From: a virus
Taxonomy: Duplodnaviria > Caudoviricetes
IMG/VR virus record: IMGVR_UViG_3300018012_000099
Length of the DNA stretch: 64,000 nucleotides
Direction: 5' to 3' (one strand)
Shown here one piece after another: positions 18,944-29,009 of this stretch (position 1 is its first letter; every line of letters starts with the position of its first letter). The notes below the pieces were generated by a model, which did no database searches, was not told where the DNA came from, and saw nothing but the letters and a program-made list of their open reading frames with translations. Made by a program: the position numbers and the translations under genes.

Positions 18944-19581
18944 ATAATCTGTGTTCAATATATAAAGTTACTAATAAAACCAATGGTAAAATTTATATTG
19001 GTCAAACTTGGCTTACTTTACGAAAAAGATGGCGGTTTCACTCTAATGATAAAAGTGGTTGCATTAAATTACGAACAGCTATTAAAAAATATGGTATTAA
19101 TAGTTTTAGTATAAATCTTATTACTCTTTGTGGAACACAAGAGTCTGCTGACTATTGGGAAGATTATTTTATTAAACACTATGATGCCATTAAAAATGGC
19201 TACAATATAAAAGAAGGCGGTAGTCGTGGCAAATGGTCAGAAGAAAGTAAAATGAAGCTTTCAAAATCTAACATGGGACATTTAGTTAGTAATGAAACAA
19301 GAAAAAAATTATCTGTTTCTCATAGCGGCAAAGAATTTTCGGAAAAACATAAGCAGAATATATCAAGATCTCATATGGGCAAAATACATACTCAAGAAAC
19401 TAAAGAAAAAATGCGTGGAGAAAATAATGCACGCGCCAAACTTAACAAAGATCAAATAAATGAGATAATTAATTTATATAGCACTGGTAATTATTCATCC
19501 AGGCAGCTTGCTAAAAAATTCGGTATTGGCAAGACGCAAATTCTTAGAATAATTAACAAAAAATCCTGGGTTAATATTTAA
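18940..19581 (+). mobile_element. GIY-YIG homing endonuclease with NUMOD3-like repeats and C-terminal HTH
   Basis: SIYKVTNKTNGKIYIGQT, GYNIKEGG and repeated H(S/T)xETxxK(M/L)S motifs. Confidence 0.9.
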
Positions 19582-19590
19582 GGTGAACTA

Positions 19591-21339
19591 ATGTCAAACG
19601 AATCACCCGCAGCCATTTTATTTGACGAATTAGGTAATCCGGTTGGGGTTATGTTCGATGGATATGCGTATCGATTACAAGTAGAAGCTAAATTAGCCTC
19701 TAATGTAGATAATTTTTTATCGTCAGATCGATCTATTTTTGGGAGCGGTGTAATAGCAGATAGACTTTCGCAAGTATCTGCCAGTTTTGTAGGACAGCTA
19801 ACAGATACATTTAATAATAATATTGGTCAAATTACTTCTGGTAGCGGCTCAATTAATATTTCTAACAGTGTACTACAAGTTTCATCTGGTACTGATAATA
19901 CATCTACTGTTCAAGTATTTACCAATAGCACTACAAAATATTATCCAGGCAGAGAAATTTATGTGCAATTTACCGCAGGGTTTACCATTCCAACCGATGT
20001 TAATAGTGAACAACAAGCTGGTTTATATGATGGGTACAATGGATTCTTTATTGGTTATCATGGGACAATATTTGGACTCACGATTCGTAATCTTTCAATG
20101 GATTCTTTTGTTCCTCTATCTTCTTGTAATGGAGATTTGTTGGATGGTAATATCAACAGTAAGTTTACTCGAGATAATGTACCAGAGGTTCTTAATTTTA
20201 CCTTTTCCAATGTTTATCGCATTAGATTTGGGTGGCTAGGCAGCGCCCCCATATTATTTCAGATAATGGCACCAGATGGTCAATGGGTAACATTCCACAC
20301 CATACGACAACCAAATACAAGTTCTATGCCAGGTATTGCGGATCCAAATTTGCCAATTACTTTTGAAATTATAAAGAATAGTTCCGATACCAATAATATT
20401 CAAATAACTACCAGTTCTTGGGACGCTGGTATAGTCGATAGCTCTCAGAGTCCTTTTAGGATTGTTCCAACATTTTCTTTATTAAACTCTACTAGCGAAT
20501 TATTAGATGGCTATGCTTCGTTTATCGGAATTTCAGAAGATGTTTCCACTTATGTTTCTATAGATATTACCGTATTATCCGATCAAATTAGTGATGTTAA
20601 TGGATTATTATTAGAATGGTCTCAAGATGGTATTATTTTTGCTTATCCTGAAAAGTTTACCATTTTACCTGGTCTGGGAGCCTTTTATTCTTTTGCACCA
20701 AGAGCTAAATATTTTAGATTAACATATACAAACGGTCCGGTAAATCAAACACAATTTTCTTTAACAACTGTTTATTATCCGGTTAACCGATCTATTTACG
20801 TACAAAATTTAAATACTGATATTGCTGCACAAAGAGCTACCGATGTAGTTAGATCTGTTTTGGCCGCTCAGAAAACAGGTGGTATTAACAGTGATTATAC
20901 TAATTTACAGGCAACTGATGATGGTATTCTAAAAGTTATCTCTGAAATTACAGATAGTGTTAATGGTCCGGTGGCTGTTAAATCTCCGTTTACTGCCGCC
21001 ATAGCGAGTGATCCGGCTTTGGTGGTTGCTATTTCACCTAATAATTCATTTACTGTTACTACAACTAAACCGGCAACCAGCGTCACCTCAAGTGTTTCTG
21101 GTTCTACCTCCAATTCTAATTTTCTACCTTCTAATGGAACTAGGTTAGGTGCTACGATTTACAATGATTCGTCAGCTTTGCTGTACATAAAATTAGGTGC
21201 CGTGGCAAGTGTCACTGATTATACTATTAAACTTTTTCCATTAAGTTATTATGAAGTTCCATATGGCTATACTGGACAAATAGATGGCATTTGGTCAAAT
21301 GCAACCGGATTTGTTAGAATTAGTGAATTAACATCTTAA
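19591..21339 (+). CDS. Modular fibre/appendage protein
   Basis: Ser/Thr/Asn-rich beta-sandwich modules. The C-terminal ~90 aa are paralogous to the end of 21397-22101; an internal RAKYFR module is paralogous to part of 22542-24674. Confidence 0.65.
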   Translation: MSNESPAAILFDELGNPVGVMFDGYAYRLQVEAKLASNVDNFLSSDRSIFGSGVIADRLSQVSASFVGQLTDTFNNNIGQITSGSGSINISNSVLQVSSGTDNTSTVQVFTNSTTKYYPGREIYVQFTAGFTIPTDVNSEQQAGLYDGYNGFFIGYHGTIFGLTIRNLSMDSFVPLSSCNGDLLDGNINSKFTRDNVPEVLNFTFSNVYRIRFGWLGSAPILFQIMAPDGQWVTFHTIRQPNTSSMPGIADPNLPITFEIIKNSSDTNNIQITTSSWDAGIVDSSQSPFRIVPTFSLLNSTSELLDGYASFIGISEDVSTYVSIDITVLSDQISDVNGLLLEWSQDGIIFAYPEKFTILPGLGAFYSFAPRAKYFRLTYTNGPVNQTQFSLTTVYYPVNRSIYVQNLNTDIAAQRATDVVRSVLAAQKTGGINSDYTNLQATDDGILKVISEITDSVNGPVAVKSPFTAAIASDPALVVAISPNNSFTVTTTKPATSVTSSVSGSTSNSNFLPSNGTRLGATIYNDSSALLYIKLGAVASVTDYTIKLFPLSYYEVPYGYTGQIDGIWSNATGFVRISELTS

Positions 21340-21343
21340 ATAT

Positions 21344-21358
21344 CAATAAAAAAGCATA
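21344..21358 (+). promoter_or_regulatory. CAATA-N6-CATA putative late promoter
   Basis: caata aaaaag cata upstream of 21397. Confidence 0.4.
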
Positions 21359-21396
21359 CTGGTAAGTAATACCATTTGAATTATAATGGAGCCTTC

Positions 21397-22101
21397 ATGT
21401 CTAGTCAATCGCCAGCATCAGTTTTGTATAGTTCAGATGGTTATGAATTAGCCTCGATACCTGGCGCCATTATTCCAACTGGCACTCGTGCTATTTTAGT
21501 TGATGGTACAGATGGTACTCACGCACGTACTTTGTTAACTGATGCGCTTGGACGGCTTCAAGTAGTGGGGGCTGGTACCGCGGGCAGTCAGAGTGGCGGT
21601 GTTATTACTATTCAAGGCGATCCATCTGGTACCCCTGTTCCCGTTTCGGGCACGGTCGCAGTTAGTTCTGTTGGCGGTACTGTTACGGTAGCTGGTACTG
21701 TCACTTCGAATCAGGGCGCACCTAATACTCTAACCAATGCTTGGCCAGTTGAAATTACAGATGGCACTAATGTTTTAGGAACCTCCTCTCATCCAGTTAA
21801 TATTACGGGGTCCGTCACTACCAGCAAATCTTCTACTGGCACTATTACTAGTGTATCTGGTTCTGTTACTAGCATCACATTATTAGCTTCAAATGCTAAT
21901 AGAATTTCTGCGACTATTTTTAATGATGCCCCGTCTGGTAACATATTATACATAGCGCTTGCAGCTAGTTCAAGTACTGCGGCTTATACCGTTAAACTGT
22001 GGCCTGGCTCTTACTGGGAATTACCGGTGGATTATACCGGCACTATTTCTGGAATTTGGACTGCAGCCACCGGAAACGCATTAGTGACTGAACTGACTTA
22101 A
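21397..22101 (+). CDS. Modular fibre/appendage protein
   Basis: ATG at 21397 after GGAG. Contains the NAWPVEITDGTNVLGTSSHP module and the shared C-terminal ATIFND...YTGTISGIW domain. Confidence 0.65.
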   Translation: MSSQSPASVLYSSDGYELASIPGAIIPTGTRAILVDGTDGTHARTLLTDALGRLQVVGAGTAGSQSGGVITIQGDPSGTPVPVSGTVAVSSVGGTVTVAGTVTSNQGAPNTLTNAWPVEITDGTNVLGTSSHPVNITGSVTTSKSSTGTITSVSGSVTSITLLASNANRISATIFNDAPSGNILYIALAASSSTAAYTVKLWPGSYWELPVDYTGTISGIWTAATGNALVTELT

Positions 22102-22108
22102 AGGTAAA

Positions 22109-22516
22109 ATGCCGTTATTTTCACCACCGTTGGATATAAAAAGTAACGGCACTGATCTGGGACCAGTTTCTACTATAGATTTTACCACTGGTATTACTGT
22201 TTCTGAAGCTAATGCAGTTGCTACCGTTAGTGATATTGATACGGGCGGTGGCGATGTTACCATGGTAGAAATAGATTTTGGAACTATACCTACTAGATCA
22301 AAAACGTTTGTAGTAACTGATGCGACCATTACGAGTAGTTCTCATATTATGGTGACGCAATCTGGTACCGCCTCTACAGGTCGTTCTGCCGATGAAAATG
22401 AGATGGATCCTATTACTTTTTCAGGCACTCCACAATCTGGACAATTTATTTTAATCGCTAATACCCTTAATGGTCCGGTGGTTGGTAAATATAGGGCGAA
22501 TTACATGGTAGGGTAA
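22109..22516 (+). CDS. Small beta-rich structural protein
   Basis: 135-aa ORF with AAGGT RBS inside the fibre cassette. Confidence 0.55.
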   Translation: MPLFSPPLDIKSNGTDLGPVSTIDFTTGITVSEANAVATVSDIDTGGGDVTMVEIDFGTIPTRSKTFVVTDATITSSSHIMVTQSGTASTGRSADENEMDPITFSGTPQSGQFILIANTLNGPVVGKYRANYMVG

Positions 22517-22521
22517 ATCAC

Positions 22522-22536
22522 TAATAAGAAAGTATT
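22522..22536 (+). promoter_or_regulatory. TAATA-N6-TATT putative late promoter
   Basis: taata agaaag tatt just upstream of 22542. Confidence 0.5.
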
Positions 22537-22541
22537 AAGTT

Positions 22542-24674
22542 ATGGCTATAATTCAATCGGGTTCGTCCTCATCTTTACTCACTGTTGATGCTACATCCAC
22601 AGCAGCACGCGCTACTTTGTATGATATCAGTGGTAACGCCATGTGCGACGTAGCCTCTTTAAACAATATTTTAAACGCTCTCAATGCCAATGTCACATTT
22701 ACGTTGGGAGGGCAATCTACTATTGGTTTTAACGTTGCCGGTACTTCTGGTACTTTAACACTTACTTTTGAAGCCACTATTGATAATTTGAATTGGTTTA
22801 CCATTAACGGTACTCCGTTGGGTGGCGGATCTCCCGTTAGTTCTGTCACGGGAAATGGACAGTGGTTGGCTGACACAGGTGGCTTCTATGCCGTCCGCGC
22901 CCGCATTTCTGCCTTTACCTCGGGATCCATGACGGTGAGTTTAGTGGTTTCTCCTTCACCATCTAAAAATATTGCTCAAAACATAACTACCAGCGGAACC
23001 ATTACCATATCTGGAGCAGTAAATCAAGGCACTCCCAATACGTTAGCTAATGCTTGGCCAGTAGAGATGACTGATGGCACCAATGTGCTAGGTACTTCGT
23101 CACATCCTTTGCGAATGGACCCAACAGGGACGACCACACAACCAGTTTCCGGTACATTAACAACCAATCCAAATCCTATAGCTGATAGAACTGCTACGGG
23201 CACTATCACTGCTAATGGTCAAACTGTCAGCATCAGTACTAATGGTATTGGTACAGTGGGAGTTTTTATTGGCACTACCGCTTGGACTGGAACAATTTCT
23301 TTCGAGGGAACTATTAATGGTACTGACTGGTTTAGCGTAGTTGGTTTGCCAGTTGGCGCTGATACTATTGGTGTTACTTCTACTACTGCTAATGGGCAAT
23401 GGAGAGTAATTGGTTCTGGTTTGCTTGATGTGAGAGTGCACGCGACCGCTGCTATCACTGGTACGGCTACTATCACTCTGGAGGCTAATGCTACGGGCGG
23501 TTTGGTTAAGTCGGCACAAGGCTCGCCGAATTCCATAGCTAATTCATGGCCAGTAGAAGTAACTGACGGTACAAATATTCTTGGAACTTCAAGCCATCCA
23601 GTTCGCACAGATCCAACAGGCTCTACAACTCAACCAGTTTCTATTTCGGGAACGGTACTAGTATCAGGAACAGTTATCGCCAATCAGGGCACTGCAAATA
23701 CAGTTTCTAATGCATGGCCAACATTAATTACAGATGGTACCAATACAGCGGCTGTTAAAGCGGCTAGCACAGGTGCAGTTACTACTGATCCATCAGCAGT
23801 AGTGGCGTTGTCACCAAACTCTCCACTTCCAAATCTGGGTAACGTAGATTCTGGTAATAGCAGTACCGTTGCATTGGGTGCCAGCGCAACCTTTACAGGT
23901 ACTGGAACAAGTGGTCTAGGATACTCTGTTATTGCTGTTTCAGTTATGGCTATTGGCGCTTCAGCTCCACCAGGAACTTTGATTATCGAACAATCATCTG
24001 ATAATACCAACTGGGATGTTCAGGATTCGTATTCAGTAGTTGGTGGTACCGCTTCTCCGACAGGTGAATTTGATATTACTATTAACCTAAGAGCTAAATT
24101 TTATAGGGTTGTTTATGTAAATGGTGCTACCGCTCAAACAGCTTTTAGATTGCAAACTATTACGATTCCAGTCTTCTCTCCACAGTCGGACGCACCAACT
24201 CAAAAGGGTATTCAGGCGAATACATATTTACCAGTTCAGGAACCAAAAGATACTGGTAGAACAGTTAGAACATTTGTTGCCACTAATACTGCTGGTATAG
24301 CTACAGAAGCTATGGTGACACTAACACCTTATACTGGATTTACGGCAGGATCTACAGGAACAAGTTTTACGGTAACGGCAGGTAAAACTCTTAGATTACA
24401 GACTTTAACCGTGTCTGTAAGAACAGCCACTACTACTGGTCTTGGTGCCATCATTAGATTGAGAATTTCTAGCAGCGGCGCAGCAACAACGTCTACTGGA
24501 GCAATGGTTATCGCCGGAGCTTTTTCTGGTGCCGCTACCGGTGGTGTAGGTACTGCTACAGTAAACTTTCCAGATGGTTTGGAACTATCTGGAACACAAC
24601 AATTTGGAATATCAGAATTGGCAAGTAGCACGAGCGCCTTCGTAGATATTTCACTGGTTGGATATGAATACTAA
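22542..24674 (+). CDS. Modular fibre/appendage protein with duplicated beta-sandwich domains
   Basis: Two FE(A/G)TI(D/N)xxxWF...NGQW repeats, NAWPVE(M/V)TDGTN modules, and a C-terminal GKTLRLQ...GYEY domain shared with 27278-28357. Confidence 0.7.
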   Translation: MAIIQSGSSSSLLTVDATSTAARATLYDISGNAMCDVASLNNILNALNANVTFTLGGQSTIGFNVAGTSGTLTLTFEATIDNLNWFTINGTPLGGGSPVSSVTGNGQWLADTGGFYAVRARISAFTSGSMTVSLVVSPSPSKNIAQNITTSGTITISGAVNQGTPNTLANAWPVEMTDGTNVLGTSSHPLRMDPTGTTTQPVSGTLTTNPNPIADRTATGTITANGQTVSISTNGIGTVGVFIGTTAWTGTISFEGTINGTDWFSVVGLPVGADTIGVTSTTANGQWRVIGSGLLDVRVHATAAITGTATITLEANATGGLVKSAQGSPNSIANSWPVEVTDGTNILGTSSHPVRTDPTGSTTQPVSISGTVLVSGTVIANQGTANTVSNAWPTLITDGTNTAAVKAASTGAVTTDPSAVVALSPNSPLPNLGNVDSGNSSTVALGASATFTGTGTSGLGYSVIAVSVMAIGASAPPGTLIIEQSSDNTNWDVQDSYSVVGGTASPTGEFDITINLRAKFYRVVYVNGATAQTAFRLQTITIPVFSPQSDAPTQKGIQANTYLPVQEPKDTGRTVRTFVATNTAGIATEAMVTLTPYTGFTAGSTGTSFTVTAGKTLRLQTLTVSVRTATTTGLGAIIRLRISSSGAATTSTGAMVIAGAFSGAATGGVGTATVNFPDGLELSGTQQFGISELASSTSAFVDISLVGYEY

Positions 24675-24686
24675 AGGAGATATAAA

Positions 24687-24989
24687 ATGGCAAATAAACC
24701 AACTTTACTAATTAATTTTCAGTTTGATTATGATGGAACAACCGCAACAATAGTGGTAAATCCAAAAACTGGTCCCGTATTTTTAACAAATCAAGTAGGA
24801 TTTACAGAACTAACACCTGCTTTTAATGCTACTGTTACAGGAGTAATTTCTGGAAGCGTAACTATTACAGATAATGCTACTCAGCCAGTTGCAACAACTG
24901 CTTCGGTAGCAGGTGGTAATTTAACAGTTAATATTCCCGCTGGATTTAGCGCCGGACCCTTATATTGTACAGCCACAATTTCTTTTTGA
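24687..24989 (+). CDS. Small beta-rich hypothetical protein
   Basis: 100-aa ORF with AAGGAG RBS. Confidence 0.6.
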   Translation: MANKPTLLINFQFDYDGTTATIVVNPKTGPVFLTNQVGFTELTPAFNATVTGVISGSVTITDNATQPVATTASVAGGNLTVNIPAGFSAGPLYCTATISF

Positions 24990-25136
24990 AAAGAGCTAAT
25001 TAATCAAGCACTAACATTCAATAGTTCAGTAGTTAGCTTTTTATTTTATATCTGTTTGAAAGGAATTAGTTTTAAAAGACTAACATGATATATAAAAGTT
25101 AAACCCCGTGCGACGAAAAGGTGTGTAGACTATGAA

Positions 25137-26009
25137 ATGGAAGCACATATGAGAGCCCTTGTTCTTAGTGGCGGCGGGAGTAAATCAGCCTATTCCGTTG
25201 GTGTGCTGCAACATTTATTGGGTAATTTAGAAATTAAATATGATGCTATCGTTGGCGTCTCCTCTGGAGCCATTTGTGCTGCTTTTTTAGGTATGTTTTC
25301 TCATGGCTATGAAAAAGAATCTATCGACGCCCTGTCTAAAATATGGCTCAGTTTAAATAACGAAAAAATATATCAGAGATGGAATCCCTTTGGTCGTTTT
25401 CATGTGCTTTGGAAATTAGGATTTTTTGATAATTCACCCATGAAAGATTTAATCAGAGATAGCATATCATTAGAAAAAATACGATTATCGGGCAAAAATA
25501 TTACTGTTGGAACTGTCAGTTTAACTTCGGGAAAATATACCAATTTTGATCAGAATTCAGATGATTTTATTGGTGCGGTTATTAGTTCTGCCGCTTTTCC
25601 AGTTATGTTTGAACCTGTCATGATTGGAAATCAATTGTGGAGCGATGGGGGCATAAAATCTATTAGCCCTATTCATACGGCAATTATGCTGGGAGCAGAC
25701 CAAATTGATGTGATCGCTACCTCCCCAGAAACACGAGATAAAAGATGGATTGACAAGCCATCCATTATAGATATAATCAAGAGATCATTTGATCTCTTTA
25801 CGGAAAAAATACTTTCTAATGATATCGAAAAAGCCATCCTGTACAATAAGCTGGCATCCGTGGGATTAACCGAGAAAAAATGCGTACAGCTCAACATTAT
25901 CCGCCCAGATTACAACTTAATTGAGGATTTATTGGACTTCCATCCCACTAAAATAGCTGAAATGATTCAAAAAGGCTATCGCGACGCAAAATTGAAGTAC
26001 ACAGTGTAA
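25137..26009 (+). CDS. Patatin-like phospholipase
   Basis: Gly-rich LSGGG oxyanion motif, GVSSG nucleophile (G-x-S-x-G) and DGG catalytic motif are all intact. Confidence 0.9.
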   Translation: MEAHMRALVLSGGGSKSAYSVGVLQHLLGNLEIKYDAIVGVSSGAICAAFLGMFSHGYEKESIDALSKIWLSLNNEKIYQRWNPFGRFHVLWKLGFFDNSPMKDLIRDSISLEKIRLSGKNITVGTVSLTSGKYTNFDQNSDDFIGAVISSAAFPVMFEPVMIGNQLWSDGGIKSISPIHTAIMLGADQIDVIATSPETRDKRWIDKPSIIDIIKRSFDLFTEKILSNDIEKAILYNKLASVGLTEKKCVQLNIIRPDYNLIEDLLDFHPTKIAEMIQKGYRDAKLKYTV

Positions 26010-26021
26010 TAATTCTACATA
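26007..26021 (+). promoter_or_regulatory. TAATA-N6-CATA putative late promoter
   Basis: taata attcta cata upstream of the GGAG RBS of 26043. Confidence 0.5.
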
Positions 26022-26042
26022 CTATGATAGGAGCGCGCAAGA

Positions 26043-26402
26043 ATGACAACCAATGATTTCCCGGGAATTGGCTATACTAACTATGGACGTAATTTTAACT
26101 TTTTTCAAAAAGTATCGGTTACTGCCACCAGTTTTGGATCTAATAGTGTTGATGGATACCAGCCTGATGCTTTGATCACGTTTCCAACACAAACTGTAAC
26201 TTTTCAATTGGAGCCTGCCGCCGAATCTGACGGATATGGTCTCATTCAATATTCTTTTAATGGAATAACCATCGATGGCGACATGAGTTACGGAAATTAT
26301 AGTGCTAATTTAACTTTTGAAAATCGAGTTATTTCTAAAATTTGGTTTAAACTCGTTTCTGGTAGCGCTACCGTTAGAATAGAGGCTTGGGGCATTCGTT
26401 GA
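26043..26402 (+). CDS. Small beta-sandwich structural protein
   Basis: 119 aa, AGGAG RBS, two DGY motifs. Confidence 0.6.
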   Translation: MTTNDFPGIGYTNYGRNFNFFQKVSVTATSFGSNSVDGYQPDALITFPTQTVTFQLEPAAESDGYGLIQYSFNGITIDGDMSYGNYSANLTFENRVISKIWFKLVSGSATVRIEAWGIR

Positions 26403-26455
26403 TCGTTTAATATTTTTGGAGATGTTGAAGCCTGGGCATATAAATACATATTTAT

Positions 26456-27262
26456 ATGCGAGGTAAAATGGGAAGAAAATTTGTTGATTTGACTGGTCAG
26501 TGTTTCGGTATTCTAACTGTTATTAGGAAAACAGATAAAAATAAATTTGGACAATCTCGTTGGGTTTGTCGATGCACATGCGGCAATGAAATTACTACTG
26601 TCGGAAATAGGTTGATACAGGGCGGTGTAAAATCTTGTGGGTGCATCAAATTTACTAAAGATTTAAGTGGGCAAAAATTTGGTAGTTTGACGGTATTAAA
26701 TCAGTCCAAAACCGCTAACCAAAAAAATACTGGTAAACATATTTTTTGGTTGTGTCAATGTGTTTGTGGGATTAAAAAAGTTATTAGGGGAGATTCTTTG
26801 AAAAATGGAGAAGTAGTTTCGTGTGGTTGTTTACATCCACGTAAACCACATTCTGATCCAGAATCGGCTAGAATGTCCAGTGCTCGAAATGTATATAGAA
26901 ATACTTATATGGACGGAGATTTAAGTTTTGAAGATTTCTACGATCTTTCACAGTTGCCATGTTATTATTGTGGGGCACTTCCGTCAAATCGAGAAAATGT
27001 TTTTTTGAGACATCAATCCACAGATTTTGCAAAACGAAACGGTCTTTTTATTTACAATGGTCTTGACCGCGTGGACAGTAATTACGCACATGATAAGGAT
27101 AATGTTGTTCCGTGCTGCTACCCATGCAATTGGTCTAAATCCAGCAGAAGTGTCGATGATTTTGAAATATGGATAGTAAAATTGGCTATAAATTTGTGTA
27201 GCAGAGATAAATCCAAGTATCAGGAAATTATTGAATCTGTAGATGGTAATATGGTAGTATAA
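26456..27262 (+). mobile_element. HNH-type endonuclease with repeated DL(T/S)GQxFGxLTV Cys-rich N-terminal modules
   Basis: Two DLxGQxFGxLTV...WxCxCxCG...SCGC repeats; C-terminal CYYCG...GLDRVD...NVVPCCYPCNWSK beta-beta-alpha-Me core. Confidence 0.8.
27247..27261 (+). promoter_or_regulatory. TAATA-N6-TATA putative late promoter
   Basis: taata tggtag tata, embedded in the endonuclease 3' end upstream of the GAGGAG RBS of 27278. Confidence 0.45.
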
Positions 27263-27277
27263 TAAAGTAATGAGGAG

Positions 27278-28357
27278 ATGATAATGACAATTTCATTAGA
27301 CAGTTTAACTTCTGATCCAGTTGGAACAGAAAATGGTTTAGTTACAAGAAATATTCCATCAGGAACACAAGATGTTAGTGGTTCTGAAGTTATTATCGAT
27401 GGTTATGTCCAAACCAATCCTAATGTTATTGTTTCTAATTTTCCATCGGAACAGCACGTACTTGTTGATGGTTATGTGGAAACTAATCCGGTGGTTATTC
27501 AGGGTACCAATCCTTGGAATGTTAGTATTAGTAATTTTCCATCCGATCAACATGTGATAATAGATGGCTATGTACAAACTAATCCAAATGTTAATGTCAC
27601 TAATTTTCCAGCAACACAAGCGGTCACTCAAAGTACTAGTCCGTGGGTAGTTTCATCTTCTGGCAATTTTAATAACTCTTCTGTTTCTTCTATTGCATCG
27701 GGCGCCCCCACTTCAGCTACTTTTGTTGGTGGTGAGGTTCAAGCTGTACAATCAGGTTTAACATCTGGAGATTTGTATCCACTCTCTTTAACCACTACTG
27801 GATTATTGCGTGTCGACGGATCAAATATTACACAGCCTGTCAGCGGTACCGTAACTGTCAATCAAGGCTCAGCGGCTGCCTTATCAGGCGCGTGGCCAGT
27901 AGAGATAACTGATGGATATGGTAATATTCTTGGAACTTCTTCCAATCCTATTATAACTACATCTAAAGCTGTTAATCGTACGACATTAACTTTTGTAGGT
28001 TCTCATTTTAATGGTGTAAGTAATACAGAAACTATGATAACTTTTACCCCATATTCTAATTTTGTGGCGGGAACTGCCGGAACTTCTTTTGCTGTTGACA
28101 CTGGTAAAACATTAAGATTACAAAGTATAATTTTAAGTGGTTATAATGGCAACGGATTTTTTAATTTAAGAATTTCTAGTAGCGGATCTGTTACCACAAG
28201 TACGCCAATTATTATAAGTGTGTATTTAACAGGCACTGTTAATGTTCCAATTCCAGAAGGACTAGAATTGACTGGATCGGTACAATTTGGAGTATCTCAA
28301 GTGCAAACTCCTACTGGCGCTGTATTTAGTATGACTATTACTGGATACGAATATTAA
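27278..28357 (+). CDS. Modular fibre/appendage protein with tandem DGY repeats
   Basis: Three (V/I)IDGYV(Q/E)TNP...NFP repeats, the AWPVEITDG module, and a C-terminal domain shared with 22542. Confidence 0.7.
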   Translation: MIMTISLDSLTSDPVGTENGLVTRNIPSGTQDVSGSEVIIDGYVQTNPNVIVSNFPSEQHVLVDGYVETNPVVIQGTNPWNVSISNFPSDQHVIIDGYVQTNPNVNVTNFPATQAVTQSTSPWVVSSSGNFNNSSVSSIASGAPTSATFVGGEVQAVQSGLTSGDLYPLSLTTTGLLRVDGSNITQPVSGTVTVNQGSAAALSGAWPVEITDGYGNILGTSSNPIITTSKAVNRTTLTFVGSHFNGVSNTETMITFTPYSNFVAGTAGTSFAVDTGKTLRLQSIILSGYNGNGFFNLRISSSGSVTTSTPIIISVYLTGTVNVPIPEGLELTGSVQFGVSQVQTPTGAVFSMTITGYEY

Positions 28358-28383
28358 TTTTCCTGTAAGTTTAGGGGTAAGTC

Positions 28384-28725
28384 ATGCCATTTAGATTAAA
28401 TGATAATGGACAAATAGATACGACTAAATATAATGATCGCGCCATGTCTGAGCGAGAGACTCGACATAAATTATTATCTTGGGCGAGACAATTAGGCTAT
28501 GAAAGGGATATGCTACTGTTGTTTGCTAAGTTTGATAAACTACTAAAAAACTGTACTAATGAGGGAGAACGCAAAGATATTGCTGCATTAGGGTGGGCAG
28601 AAACCCTAAAATTGATGGGCTCATATGGCACTTTTTTCATGGATGGAAAAGTAATTTATTCGAAGGAAGATGATCAAAGATACTCTTTGCTCTTGAATAA
28701 AGAAGATAAAGGAATTGTGAAATGA
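28384..28725 (+). CDS. Hypothetical protein
   Basis: 113-aa ORF coupled to the cold-shock gene. Confidence 0.55.
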   Translation: MPFRLNDNGQIDTTKYNDRAMSERETRHKLLSWARQLGYERDMLLLFAKFDKLLKNCTNEGERKDIAALGWAETLKLMGSYGTFFMDGKVIYSKEDDQRYSLLLNKEDKGIVK

Positions 28726-28955
28726 CAGATAGTAAGTTTTTTGGCGAAGTGTTATGGTTCGATCCTGCTAGAGGATTTGGATTTATAGGTTGGGAGAAAG
28801 ATGGCGTACAACAAAAAGACCTGTTTGTCCACTTTTCCGATATTTCGTGCGAAGGTTTTAAAACCCTTTACAAGCATCAAAAGGTATCTTTTGGTCTGGG
28901 CACCAACATTCGTGGGCAACCCAAAGCAGTGGATGTCGCCGTCTTGAAGAACTAA
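28722..28955 (+). CDS. Cold-shock domain protein
   Basis: [15 protein letters not shown] (RNP1) and DLFVHFSDI (RNP2) motifs, GFKTL. Confidence 0.92.
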   Translation: MTDSKFFGEVLWFDPARGFGFIGWEKDGVQQKDLFVHFSDISCEGFKTLYKHQKVSFGLGTNIRGQPKAVDVAVLKN

Positions 28956-29009
28956 ATTATCTATCTAGTTCTCTAATGATGATGTCTAATTTGCTGTTAA
29001 CATTATCCG

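Noticed and set aside
24990-25136. Structured ncRNA or tRNA in the spacer after 24989 (agctaatta ... tagttagct pairing)
   Set aside because: Only a weak long-loop stem before a T tract, at most a terminator. No tRNA cloverleaf was found here or in other spacers.
19591-28357. Diversity-generating retroelement template/variable repeats among fibre genes
   Set aside because: The repeats differ at synonymous positions of all bases, not only adenines, and no reverse transcriptase is in the window.
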